Part shown: in pieces, positions 1-7,968 of the stretch | Numbering within the stretch: the first letter of the stretch is position 1 | Layout: every line of letters starts with the position of its first letter | NCBI GenBank assembly: GCA_964628305.1 | Contig: CAZVNC010000001.1 | Coordinates: 1-31,199, forward strand | Direction of reading: 5' to 3' | Length of the DNA: 31,199 bases | Source of the DNA: an uncultured Ideonella sp. | GTDB lineage: Bacteria > Pseudomonadota > Gammaproteobacteria > Burkholderiales > Burkholderiaceae_C | The notes under the pieces: model-generated | What the model was told of the DNA's origin: nothing | Database searches by the model: none | The model's input: only the letters and a program-made list of their open reading frames with translations | Position numbers and translations under genes: made by a program

Positions 1-1
1 C

Positions 2-205
2 GGCAGCCACCGCATCGACGATGCGAGCGGCGCGCCGCTGCCCGACCGCAACGAGACCGACCTGCGCGCCGACTACCGCTTCGCCAAGGGCAGCGCGCTG
101 CAAGGCCTGTGGATCACGCTGCGCTACTCGTGGCTGCGTCAGGACGGTTCGCCGCAGACACAGACCCAGGCGCGGGTGATCGTCAACTACCCGCTCTCGT
201 TCTGA
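2..205 (+). CDS. OprD-family outer-membrane porin, C-terminal fragment (5' partial)
   Basis: Frame 2 is open from the window edge to TGA at 203-205 and reads ...DRNETDLRADYRFAKGSALQGLWITLRYSWLRQDGSPQTQTQARVIVNYPLSF*. It has alternating beta-strand patterning, an OprD-like end (L.GL...LRY...R.IVNY.L) and a terminal Phe. Not listed in the ORF track. Confidence 0.65.
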   Translation, partial: GSHRIDDASGAPLPDRNETDLRADYRFAKGSALQGLWITLRYSWLRQDGSPQTQTQARVIVNYPLSF

Positions 206-213
206 CGGCTTCC

Positions 214-233
214 CGAAGCGGCGCGCCGCTTCG
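214..233. terminator. Perfect 20-bp palindrome between convergent genes; candidate bidirectional terminator
   Basis: CGAAGCGGCGCGCCGCTTCG is its own reverse complement and lies between the porin stop (205) and the enamidase stop (243). No poly-U tail. Confidence 0.5.
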
Positions 234-242
234 ATACCGCGC

Positions 243-1430
243 TCAGACGACGACCGGAATTTCGGTCGCAGGCGGCGTGTTGCGGCTGCGGCCGCAGCGC
301 ACGATGCCGTCGATCATCACCATGCCGATGCCGGGAATGTCGCCGAGCTGGACGCTCTCGAGCAGGGTGCGTCCGGCAGTGTGCTGTGCGCGGTCCATGA
401 AGACGAAATCCGCGGCGCGGCCGGGTTCGATCAGGCCGCAGTCGAGCGAGCGCACGCGCGCCGTGTTGCCGGTCGCGAAGCAGAAGGCCTGCTCGGCCGG
501 GATGCCGCCGACGCTCGCCAGCAGCGCGATCACGCGCAGGATGCCGAGCGGCTGCACCCCCGATCCGGCCGGGCCGTCGGTGCCCAGGATGATGCGGTGC
601 GGGCACTTGAGCTGGATCGCCGCGCGCGCGGCCTCGATCGCGACTCTCTCGTTGCCGTTGTGGACGATCTCGATCCCGCGCGTCGACTTCTCGCACAGCT
701 CGCAGACGTGCGCCAGCGGCAGCGATGTGTGGCCGCCGTTGATGTGGCCGATGATGTCGGCGTCGGCTTCGAGCACCACGTCCTTGTCGATCAGCCCCGA
801 GCCGGGGATCGAAGGCCCGCCGGTGTGAATCGTGCTCTGGATGCCGTGCTTGCGCGCCCACGCCACCATGCGCTGCGCTTCCTCGCCGGCCTTGACGGAA
901 CCGAGGCCGACTTCGCCGAGCAGCTTGACACCCGCGTTGGCAAGGTCTTCGAAGTCCTGCTCGACCATGCCCTTCTCGAGCACCGGCGCGCCGGCCAGCA
1001 CCTTCACACCACCGGGACGGAAATTGTCGAACGCGCGCTGCGCGGTGATCGCGAGCGCCTTCAGTCCGACGATGTCCTTCGGGCGGCCCGGCAGGTGCAC
1101 TTCGCCGGCCGAGACCATCGTCGTCACGCCGCCGTTCATCGTCGAGTCGATCCAGCCGAGCTGATTCTGGCGCGGCGTCCAGTCGCCGAACACCGGGTGA
1201 ACGTGGCTGTCGATCAGGCCCGGGCAGACGCAGGTCCCGCGGGCGTCGATCTCCGTGTCGGGCTGCGAGATGTCGCAGTCGGCCTCCTTGCCGACCGCGG
1301 TGATCAGACCCTCGTTGACGACGATCGTGTCGGCTTGCAGGATCGGCTTGTCGATGTCACCCGAGAGCATCAGGCCGATGTTTCGAATCACGACTTTGCC
1401 GGAAGTCGGTGTTGCTGCTGCTTGTGCCAT
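243..1430 (-). CDS. ena: Enamidase-like metal-dependent amidohydrolase (1,4,5,6-tetrahydro-6-oxonicotinate hydrolase)
   Basis: HxH motif (DSHVH) and motifs recalled from E. barkeri enamidase: IG...SGDI..P.LQADTIVV, PRQ, GVTTMxSAG, PGRPKD, LEKG, GEVGLG, HTGGxSIPGS, HINGG, GDIPGI, SRNTPPA. RBS GAGGAG upstream. Sits in an hnr/nicAB context. Confidence 0.85.
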   Translation of the reverse strand: MAQAAATPTSGKVVIRNIGLMLSGDIDKPILQADTIVVNEGLITAVGKEADCDISQPDTEIDARGTCVCPGLIDSHVHPVFGDWTPRQNQLGWIDSTMNGGVTTMVSAGEVHLPGRPKDIVGLKALAITAQRAFDNFRPGGVKVLAGAPVLEKGMVEQDFEDLANAGVKLLGEVGLGSVKAGEEAQRMVAWARKHGIQSTIHTGGPSIPGSGLIDKDVVLEADADIIGHINGGHTSLPLAHVCELCEKSTRGIEIVHNGNERVAIEAARAAIQLKCPHRIILGTDGPAGSGVQPLGILRVIALLASVGGIPAEQAFCFATGNTARVRSLDCGLIEPGRAADFVFMDRAQHTAGRTLLESVQLGDIPGIGMVMIDGIVRCGRSRNTPPATEIPVVV

Positions 1431-1485
1431 GCGTGCGCTCCTCGAGTGCTGAATGGTGGAGAAGGGCGAGCCGGGTGCCGGCCGC

Positions 1486-2190
1486 TCACGAGGCAGTCAT
1501 CGACCGCGCGTCGAGCAAGACAGTGCGCAATACGGACTGCTTGACAAACGCTTCCCAGTGCGCGACGGCCTCGGGATGACCGAGGTCTTCGCCGAGGAAT
1601 GCCGACAGTGTGTAGCGGTTGGACTGGTAGAAGTAGCCCGTCGCCGCGATCAGCAGATAAACGTCGCGCGCCGCCACATCGGCGCGAAAGAGACCCTGGT
1701 CGACGCCGCTGCGCAGAACCTGTCCGACGACGCCGATCGCGGGCGAGGAGTACTCGCCGGCCCGACGCGACTTGCTGATGTGCCGGCCGCGGTGCAGGTT
1801 CTCGCTGTTGAGCAGCGTGACGAATTCGGGGTGCTCGCGGTAGTACGCCATCACGAAGGCGACGATCTCCAGCAGCGACTCGACCGGCCGTTCGTTGTCG
1901 AGTTCGAGCGCTGCCTCGGCCTCGTCGAATCGCCGGTAGGCCTCTTCGAGCACCGCGACGAACAGGCCTTCCTTGCTGCCGAAGTAGTAGTAGATCATCC
2001 GGTCGTAGGACTTGGCCGCCATCGAGATCTTCTCGACGCTGGCGCCGCTCAAGCCATACTTTGCGAAGATCTTCGTCGCCGCGCGCAGCAGGCTGTCGCG
2101 CGTCGCCTGCGCAGCGAGTTCGCGCACGCCCGGCTTGCGCGCCGTGCGCGGCCGGCTGCGTGAAGGACTCCTGGCGCTGCGGGGGGTCAT
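1486..2190 (-). CDS. TetR-family transcriptional regulator (NicS/RutR-like)
   Basis: TetR HTH: LLRAATKIFAKYGLSGASVEKISMAAKSYDRMIYYYFGSKEGLF. Start set at ATG 2190 (MTPRS) because the longer ORF start at 2256 overlaps the ferredoxin gene. Confidence 0.85.
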   Translation of the reverse strand: MTPRSARSPSRSRPRTARKPGVRELAAQATRDSLLRAATKIFAKYGLSGASVEKISMAAKSYDRMIYYYFGSKEGLFVAVLEEAYRRFDEAEAALELDNERPVESLLEIVAFVMAYYREHPEFVTLLNSENLHRGRHISKSRRAGEYSSPAIGVVGQVLRSGVDQGLFRADVAARDVYLLIAATGYFYQSNRYTLSAFLGEDLGHPEAVAHWEAFVKQSVLRTVLLDARSMTAS

Positions 2191-2221
2191 CGCCAAGCGC
2201 TCTAGGTGGTCGACGAAACCA

Positions 2222-2560
2222 TCAGGCCTTGTCGTCAGGCAGCTTGTAGTTGGCAAGCTTGTTCTTCTCGTCCTTCCAGCGATCGACTTCGGGCAGCGGA
2301 TCCTTGCTCGAGGAGAGCACCGGCCATTGCGGCGCGAAGCGCTTGTTGATGGCGAGAAAGACCTCCTGCCCGGCAGGCACGTCTTCCTCGGCGAAGATCG
2401 CCTCGACCGGGCACTCGGGGATGCATACGGCGCAGTCGATGCACTCGTCCGGATCGATGACGAGGAAGTCGGGGCCTTCGTGGAAACAATCGACCGGGCA
2501 GACGTCGACGCAGTCGGTGTATTTGCAAAGGATGCAGCTGTCGGTCACGACATGGGTCAT
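2222..2560 (-). CDS. fdxA: 7Fe ([3Fe-4S]/[4Fe-4S]) ferredoxin, Azotobacter FdI type
   Basis: MTHVVTDSCILCKYTDCVDVCPVDCFHEG...IDPDECIDCAVCIPECPVEAI is the FdxA signature. ATG at 2560 with GAGG upstream; the ORF-track extension to 2656 is unlikely. Confidence 0.92.
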   Translation of the reverse strand: MTHVVTDSCILCKYTDCVDVCPVDCFHEGPDFLVIDPDECIDCAVCIPECPVEAIFAEEDVPAGQEVFLAINKRFAPQWPVLSSSKDPLPEVDRWKDEKNKLANYKLPDDKA

Positions 2561-2642
2561 GCGGGTACCTCGTGGGTGATGAGGAGAGAGGAGAGGTGGC
2601 GAAAAAAACAGTTTGCCAGACGCCGGCGAAGGCGCTAAAGTC

Positions 2643-2686
2643 CACTCCCGGTTCATGGAGTGTTCACAACATCAACGTTAAGTGAA
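2643..2686. promoter_or_regulatory. Inverted repeats in the divergent fdxA/hnr promoter region; candidate TetR operators
   Basis: CACTCC-N8-GGAGTG (2643-2662) and TTCAC-N14-GTGAA (2663-2686) lie in the AT-richer gap between the two divergent operons. Short arms; function inferred only. Confidence 0.35.
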
Positions 2687-2749
2687 TGCTACATCGTCGA
2701 TCGGGTTCGGGCAAGCTGATTCAGCGCCGCAGTCGAAGGGATCTTGGCA

Positions 2750-4354
2750 ATGACGGAACACACGAAGACCGACGGCCTGCCGGGCATGGATGTGCCGCCT
2801 GTGGTGCAGGTGCTCGATCGCGCGCCGCTGCGCAACGAGCGGATGGCGGCCGACAAGGTCGAGTGCAACGCGTGCCCGATCCTGTGCCAGATCAGCCCCG
2901 GCAAGACCGGCGCCTGTGACCGCTATGCGAACGAGGACGGCACCCTCGTGCGGGTCGATCCGGTGCTTCTGCTGCGCCGCACGCTCGGCAAGAACACGCC
3001 GCCGCTGGTCGCGTTCGCGCCGCAGGGCGCGGCCGACACTACGCCCGCGCCGGCCGACTGGGACGGCGATCTGCTGCTCGCCGACGAGGTGTTCGTGACC
3101 GCGGTTGGTTCGTCGACGACCTATCCCGACTACAAGCCGGCGCCGTTCATCGTCGGCTCGAAGGCGGCCGGCGTCGACATGGTCACCGTCGTCACCGAGG
3201 GCATTTTCAGCTACTGCAGCCTGAAGGTGAAGATCGACACCGACCGCTACCTTGGCCCGGAACAGGCCAACGTGCGCTGCAAGGGCGAGGTGGTCGGACA
3301 CGTGACGACGGTCGAATACGGCTCGCAGATGCTGTCGCTCGGCGGCGTTCACCATCTCACCGGCGGCAGCAAGAAGGAAGGGCGCATCACGCTCGAGACG
3401 ATGGAGGCGCTCGGCAACAAGCGGGCGGTCGATCTGACGATCGACGGCGGCTCGCAGGTCGTGGTGCAGGCCGGGCGGGCGCCGATCGTCAACGGCGTCG
3501 AAGAGCAGCGCATGCGCGTCGGCTGCGGTTCCGCGACGATTGGCATCTTCGCGAAGCAGTTCTTCGGTCAGGCCGATGAAGTCGTCGTCGTCGACGATCA
3601 CATCACCGGCGTCCTGACCGAGCATCAGGCCGGGCGCTGCCTCGGGATGCGCCACTCGGGCATCAAGATGCGCGGGCGAAAGTCGACCCCCGGCAGGTAC
3701 TTCCAGGTCGCGAATCCCGGCACCGGCTGGGGCGGGACGGACATCGCCGATCCGCTGTCGATCGTCGATTCCTGGGATCCGAAGACGGCCTGGCCGGGCC
3801 TGCGCCTGCTGATGACGTCGACGACCGGCGAGCATGCGTCGTGGTACGTGCTCGACGAGCAACTCCAGCCGCGAGAGGAAGAGGTGCCGTCCGCGCTGCG
3901 CTCGATCATCGACCGCATTGGCGAGAACTGCGAACCGTCGCTGTGCACGGTGCTATTCCTCGGCGGTGCAGGCGGCAGCCTGCGCGCCGGGGTGACCGAG
4001 AACCCGGTGCTGCTGACGCGCTCGATCAAGCAGGCGCTCGTCAACGTGACCTGCGGCGGCGCGCCGGCCTACGTCTGGCCGGGCGGCGGCATCACGATCA
4101 TGGTCGACGTCATGCGCATGCCCGACAACAGCTTCGGAACGGTGCCGACGCCGGCGATCGTCGCGCCGATCGAGTTCAGCATGACACTCGACGACTTCGG
4201 TGCGCTCGGCGGTCACGTCGACAGCGTACGCACGCTGGAGGAGGTGCTGCGCCACGGCGCGCGCAACAACGACGGCGCGCCGACGGCGCGCCGTTGGGAG
4301 GCGGTCAATCCGGCCAATCCGTGGCCGATCGGCCATGCGCCCTTGCTAGGCTGA
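2750..4354 (+). CDS. hnr: 6-hydroxynicotinate reductase (Fe-S flavoprotein)
   Basis: N-terminal CxxCxxxC...GACDRY, TTYPDYKPAPFIV, VDMVTVVTEGIFSYC, MRVGCGSATIG, DDHITGVLTEH, STPGRYF, AGGSLRAGV and VTCGGAPAYVWPGGGI, as recalled for Hnr. Context with ena and nicAB. ATG 2750 follows GAAGGGA. Confidence 0.85.
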   Translation: MTEHTKTDGLPGMDVPPVVQVLDRAPLRNERMAADKVECNACPILCQISPGKTGACDRYANEDGTLVRVDPVLLLRRTLGKNTPPLVAFAPQGAADTTPAPADWDGDLLLADEVFVTAVGSSTTYPDYKPAPFIVGSKAAGVDMVTVVTEGIFSYCSLKVKIDTDRYLGPEQANVRCKGEVVGHVTTVEYGSQMLSLGGVHHLTGGSKKEGRITLETMEALGNKRAVDLTIDGGSQVVVQAGRAPIVNGVEEQRMRVGCGSATIGIFAKQFFGQADEVVVVDDHITGVLTEHQAGRCLGMRHSGIKMRGRKSTPGRYFQVANPGTGWGGTDIADPLSIVDSWDPKTAWPGLRLLMTSTTGEHASWYVLDEQLQPREEEVPSALRSIIDRIGENCEPSLCTVLFLGGAGGSLRAGVTENPVLLTRSIKQALVNVTCGGAPAYVWPGGGITIMVDVMRMPDNSFGTVPTPAIVAPIEFSMTLDDFGALGGHVDSVRTLEEVLRHGARNNDGAPTARRWEAVNPANPWPIGHAPLLG

Positions 4355-4359
4355 GCGCG

Positions 4360-5268
4360 ATGCCTGCCTGCCAAGCGCGCCTGCCGGATGGGAGGCTGCA
4401 TTTCCAGCACGGTCCGATCGACATCGTGATCGGCGCCGATGGCGATACGCGCGCGATCGAAGCGGCGCACGCGCTGGCGTGGCATCGCTTCGAGGGCGTG
4501 CTGGGCGAGCTCGTCGCCGAACTGCCGTTGCTGCGCAGGCCGATCGACGGCCCGTGCCGGCTGACGGGTCCAATCGCGCGGCGCATGTGGCTCGCGTGCG
4601 AGCCGTACCGCGAGGGCTACATCACGCCGATGGCCGCGGTCGCGGGTGCGGTCGCGCAGGAGTTGATCGCGTGCTACGAGCGCGACGGCATCGAGCGCGC
4701 CTGGGTCAACGACGGCGGCGACATCGCCTGGCACCTGGCGTCGCACCGTTCGCTGCGCGTCGGCCTGTTCGCCGACCTCTCCCGGCTCGACGCAGACCAG
4801 ATCCTGAACGGCATCCGCAGCGACGGCCAACTCGACGTGACGCACGACATGCCGGTGCGCGGCGTCGCGACCAGCGGCTGGCGCGGACGCAGCTTCTCGC
4901 GCGGCATCGCCGACAGCGTCACGGTGCTTGCGCGCACCGCGGCCGAGGCGGACGCTGCGGCGACGGTCATCGCGAATGCGGTCGACGTGAACGATGCGCG
5001 CATCGTTCGCAAGCCGGCCTGCGAACTGAAGGACGACAGCGATCTCGGCGCAATCGCCGTCACGGTCGACGTGCCGCCGCTCGGCGCCGACGTCGCGCGG
5101 CGCGCGCTGGCGGCCGGCGCGCGCTGCGCCGCGGGCCTGCGCGATGCGGGTCGGATCTGGTCTTGCACCCTCGTTTGCCAGGGTCAGGTAACCTACGTCG
5201 GCGAGACGCAGTTCGAGCACGCGGTCGAAGTGCACGCGACACCTGTTCACGCCACAGCGGTGGTTTGA
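4360..5268 (+). CDS. UPF0280-family protein (ApbE-like fold)
   Basis: HFQHGPID, TPMAAVAGAVA, VNDGGDIA, GVATSGWRGRSFSRGIADSVTV, AEADAAATVIAN are typical of UPF0280/ApbE-like proteins. ATG 5 nt after the hnr stop; no signal peptide. Confidence 0.85.
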   Translation: MPACQARLPDGRLHFQHGPIDIVIGADGDTRAIEAAHALAWHRFEGVLGELVAELPLLRRPIDGPCRLTGPIARRMWLACEPYREGYITPMAAVAGAVAQELIACYERDGIERAWVNDGGDIAWHLASHRSLRVGLFADLSRLDADQILNGIRSDGQLDVTHDMPVRGVATSGWRGRSFSRGIADSVTVLARTAAEADAAATVIANAVDVNDARIVRKPACELKDDSDLGAIAVTVDVPPLGADVARRALAAGARCAAGLRDAGRIWSCTLVCQGQVTYVGETQFEHAVEVHATPVHATAVV

Positions 5269-5295
5269 ACCGAAGTCCGAGAGGAGTCCGAGTTG

Positions 5296-5937
5296 ATGAT
5301 CGAAGTTCGACGCGTCCTGACCCAGGTGGAGGAGATCCGCCACGAGTTCGGCCCTGCGCCCGAAGTGCCACTGTTGCGCGGTGCGATCGCGGTCGTGATG
5401 CGTAACCCGTTTGCGGGCCGCTACGAGGCCGACCTCCTGCCGATGATGGAAGCGCTCGAGCCGGTCGGTGTCGACATGGCGCACCGCCTGCGCGCGGCGA
5501 TGGGCATCGCGGTCGAGCGCATCGAGGGCTACGGCAAGGGATCGATCGTCGGCAGTGGCGGCGAACTCGAGCATGGTGCGCTGTGGCACGTGCCGGGCGG
5601 CTATGCGATGCGCGAACTGCTCGGCTGGAAGGGCGATCGCGCCGCGTATGCAAAGGGGCAGGGCGAAGCGAAGAGCGGTCAGCCCGGCAATGCGCTTGCG
5701 ATCGTGCCGTCGACGAAGAAGGTCGGCGCCCCCGGCACGGCGCTCGACGTGCCGCTGACGCACATCAACGCCGCCTATGTGCGCAGCCATTTCGACGCCA
5801 TGGAGGTGCGCGTGCCAGGTGCTCCGGCGGCGGACGAGCTGGTCTTCATCCTCGCGATGAGTACCGGATCGCGAATCCACGCCCGCGTCGGCGGCCTGGC
5901 CGCGAGCGCGATCAAGAACTGGGACGGCCTGCGCTGA
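5296..5937 (+). CDS. AA_synth (DUF1185, chorismate-mutase-like fold) family protein, paralogue 1
   Basis: NPFAGRY, IEGYGKGSIVG..GELEHGA, VPSTKKVG, DVPL.H.NAAYVRSHFDAME. RBS GAGGAG at 5281-5286. Start could be TTG 5293 or ATG 5296. Confidence 0.8.
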   Translation: MIEVRRVLTQVEEIRHEFGPAPEVPLLRGAIAVVMRNPFAGRYEADLLPMMEALEPVGVDMAHRLRAAMGIAVERIEGYGKGSIVGSGGELEHGALWHVPGGYAMRELLGWKGDRAAYAKGQGEAKSGQPGNALAIVPSTKKVGAPGTALDVPLTHINAAYVRSHFDAMEVRVPGAPAADELVFILAMSTGSRIHARVGGLAASAIKNWDGLR

Positions 5938-5978
5938 GCCGCCGGCCTTGTTTCGATACTCGAGCATTGGGGAAGCAC

Positions 5979-6563
5979 ATGTCTGCCAAGATTCGCAAGA
6001 TCGTGGTTCAGGTCGACGAAGTCCGCATCGAGATGGGCCGCCCGGTCGAGCCGCCGACCCGCCGCGCGCTGGCCATGGCGGTAATCGACAACCCCTGCGC
6101 CGGCCGCTACGTCGAGAACCTCGACGAACTCAGCGCCATCGGCGAGGAACTCGGCGGACTGCTCGGCAAGCGCTGCGTCGACGCGCTCGGCATCGCGCCG
6201 GGGCAGGCGCAAAGTTACGGCAAGGCGGCGATCGTCGGTGAAGCGGGCGAGATCGAACACGCCGCCGCCATCCTGCACCCCAAGCTCGGCGCGCCGCTGC
6301 GCGCCGCGGTCGAGAAGGGCGCCGCGCTCGTTCCGTCGAGCAAGAAGCGCGGCGGCCTCGGCACCGCGATCGACGTGCCGCTCGGCCACAAGGACGCGGC
6401 CTTCGTGCGCAGCCATTTCGACGCCATGGAGGCGCGCATCGGCGACGCGCCGCGCGCGAACGAGATCGTCGTCGCGGTCGTCGTCACCGACAGCGGCCGG
6501 CCGCTGGCGCGCGTCGGCGGGCTGAAGGCAAGCGAGATCAAGGGCGAGGACGGCCTGCGTTGA
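5979..6563 (+). CDS. AA_synth (DUF1185) family protein, paralogue 2
   Basis: MSAKIRKIVVQVDE, NPCAGRY, QSYGKAAIVGEAGEIEHAAAILHP, VPSSKKRG, DVPLGHKDAAFVRSHFDAME, GRPLARVGGL. Start at ATG 5979; the ORF-track start at 5583 lies inside the previous gene. Confidence 0.82.
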   Translation: MSAKIRKIVVQVDEVRIEMGRPVEPPTRRALAMAVIDNPCAGRYVENLDELSAIGEELGGLLGKRCVDALGIAPGQAQSYGKAAIVGEAGEIEHAAAILHPKLGAPLRAAVEKGAALVPSSKKRGGLGTAIDVPLGHKDAAFVRSHFDAMEARIGDAPRANEIVVAVVVTDSGRPLARVGGLKASEIKGEDGLR

Positions 6564-6615
6564 GGCAGGCAGTCGATCCGAAGGTTTTTCAACCCACTCC
6601 CACAGGAGACTGACG

Positions 6616-7827
6616 ATGACCCACCGCAGACAGGTTTGGCGCGCCGCCGCCGCATCGATGGCCTTTGCCGTCGTCGGCATGTCGCAGGCGTACGGCGCCG
6701 ACGTGATCAAGATCGGCGAGATCAACAGCTACAAGGCACAGCCGCAGTTCCTCGAGCCCTACAAGAAGGGCATGGAACTCGCCGTCGAGGAGATCAACGC
6801 GGCCGGCGGCATCAACGGCAAGAAGGTCGAACTGATCACGCGCGACGACAACGCCAACCCGGGCGATGCGGTGCGCGCAGCCGAGGAGTTGATCTCGCGC
6901 GAAAAGGTCGACGTGCTGACGGGAACCTTCCTTTCGCACATCGGCCTTGCGGTCACGGACTTTGCCAAACAGAAGAAGACCTTCTTTCTCGCCGCCGAAC
7001 CGCTGACCGACAAGATCGTCTGGGAGGACGGCAACAAGTACACCTACCGTCTGCGCCCCTCCACCTACATGCAGGTCGCGATGCTGGTGCCCGAAGCGGT
7101 GAAGATGAACAAGAAGCGCTGGGCGGTCGTCTACCCGAACTATGAGTACGGGCAATCGGCGGTCGCGACCTTCAAGAAGCTGATGAAGGCGGCTCAGCCC
7201 GATATCGAATTCGTCGCCGAGCAGGCGCCGCCACTGGGCAAGGTCGACGCGGGCAGCGTGGTGCAGGCGCTCGCCGATGCCAAACCCGATGCGATCTTCA
7301 ACGTGCTGTTCGGCGCCGACCTCGCGAAGTTCGTGCGCGAAGGCAATACGCGCGGCCTGTTCAAGGACCGTGAAGTCGTGAGCATGCTGACCGGCGAGCC
7401 CGAGTACCTGGAACCGCTGAAGAACGAGGCACCCAACGGCTGGGTCGTGACTGGCTACCCGTGGTATGGCATCGACATTCCCGAGCACAAGACCTTTCTT
7501 GCGGCCTACCAGGCGAAGTGGAAGGACCATCCGTACCTCGGCTCGATCGTCGGCTACAGCGCGATCAAGTCGCTCGCCGCCGGCATCAAGAAGGCCAATT
7601 CGACGCAGACCGACGCGCTGGTACAGGCCTTCAGCGGACTCGAGGTCGACTCGCCGTTCGGCAAGATCACCTACCGGCCGATCGATCACCAATCGACCAT
7701 GGGCGGCTTCGTCGGCCGCACCAAGAACGTCGACGGCAAGGGCGTGATGGTCGACTACAAGTATCTCGACGGCGCGAAGTACATGCCGTCGGACGCGGAA
7801 GTGAAGAAGATGCGGCCCGCCGACTGA
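6616..7827 (+). CDS. ABC transporter substrate-binding protein, branched-chain amino-acid (LivK-like) family; probable nicotinate-type ligand
   Basis: Signal peptide, IKIGEINSY, EEINAAGGINGKKVELITRDD, YTYRLRPST, PNYEYGQS. RBS AGGAG. Confidence 0.88.
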   Translation: MTHRRQVWRAAAASMAFAVVGMSQAYGADVIKIGEINSYKAQPQFLEPYKKGMELAVEEINAAGGINGKKVELITRDDNANPGDAVRAAEELISREKVDVLTGTFLSHIGLAVTDFAKQKKTFFLAAEPLTDKIVWEDGNKYTYRLRPSTYMQVAMLVPEAVKMNKKRWAVVYPNYEYGQSAVATFKKLMKAAQPDIEFVAEQAPPLGKVDAGSVVQALADAKPDAIFNVLFGADLAKFVREGNTRGLFKDREVVSMLTGEPEYLEPLKNEAPNGWVVTGYPWYGIDIPEHKTFLAAYQAKWKDHPYLGSIVGYSAIKSLAAGIKKANSTQTDALVQAFSGLEVDSPFGKITYRPIDHQSTMGGFVGRTKNVDGKGVMVDYKYLDGAKYMPSDAEVKKMRPAD

Positions 7828-7836
7828 TTCTGCGTT

Positions 7837-7922
7837 GCTTCGATCGACATGGGCGCGTGCCCCACGGCACGTGCCCCATTCGATCCGCGCGCCATCGAAG
7901 CCGGTGGGCTGCAAAGCCCGCC
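7837..7922 (+). other. Intercistronic stem-loops downstream of the binding-protein gene (candidate mRNA-stabilising element)
   Basis: GGGCGCGTGCC-CCAC-GGCACGTGCCC (7851-7876), flanked by GCTTCGAT/ATCGAAGC (7837-7844, 7894-7901), then GGTGGGCT-GCAA-AGCCCGCC (7903-7922) with a GNRA loop. Confidence 0.5.
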
Positions 7923-7968
7923 CTGAGCGATTTCCGGTTCCCTCGAACCCGCAACCGCAGGTCCCGTC

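Noticed and set aside
2580-2596. Purine-rich tract GAGGAGAGAGGAGAGG as a repeat or phase-variable element
   Set aside because: Too short and irregular, and it lies in a leader region with no evidence of slippage.
3841-4359. Long N-terminal extensions given by the ORF track (UPF0280 from 3841; likewise 5583, 10196, 11738, 18870, 21713, 24403, 26123, 26613, 27911)
   Set aside because: They overlap neighbouring genes or promoters; downstream starts have an RBS or stop/start overlaps and match family N-termini.
7903-7922. REP-like element GGTGGGCTGCAAAGCCCGCC
   Set aside because: Only one copy noticed in the window, so a repeat family cannot be supported; reported as a hairpin only.
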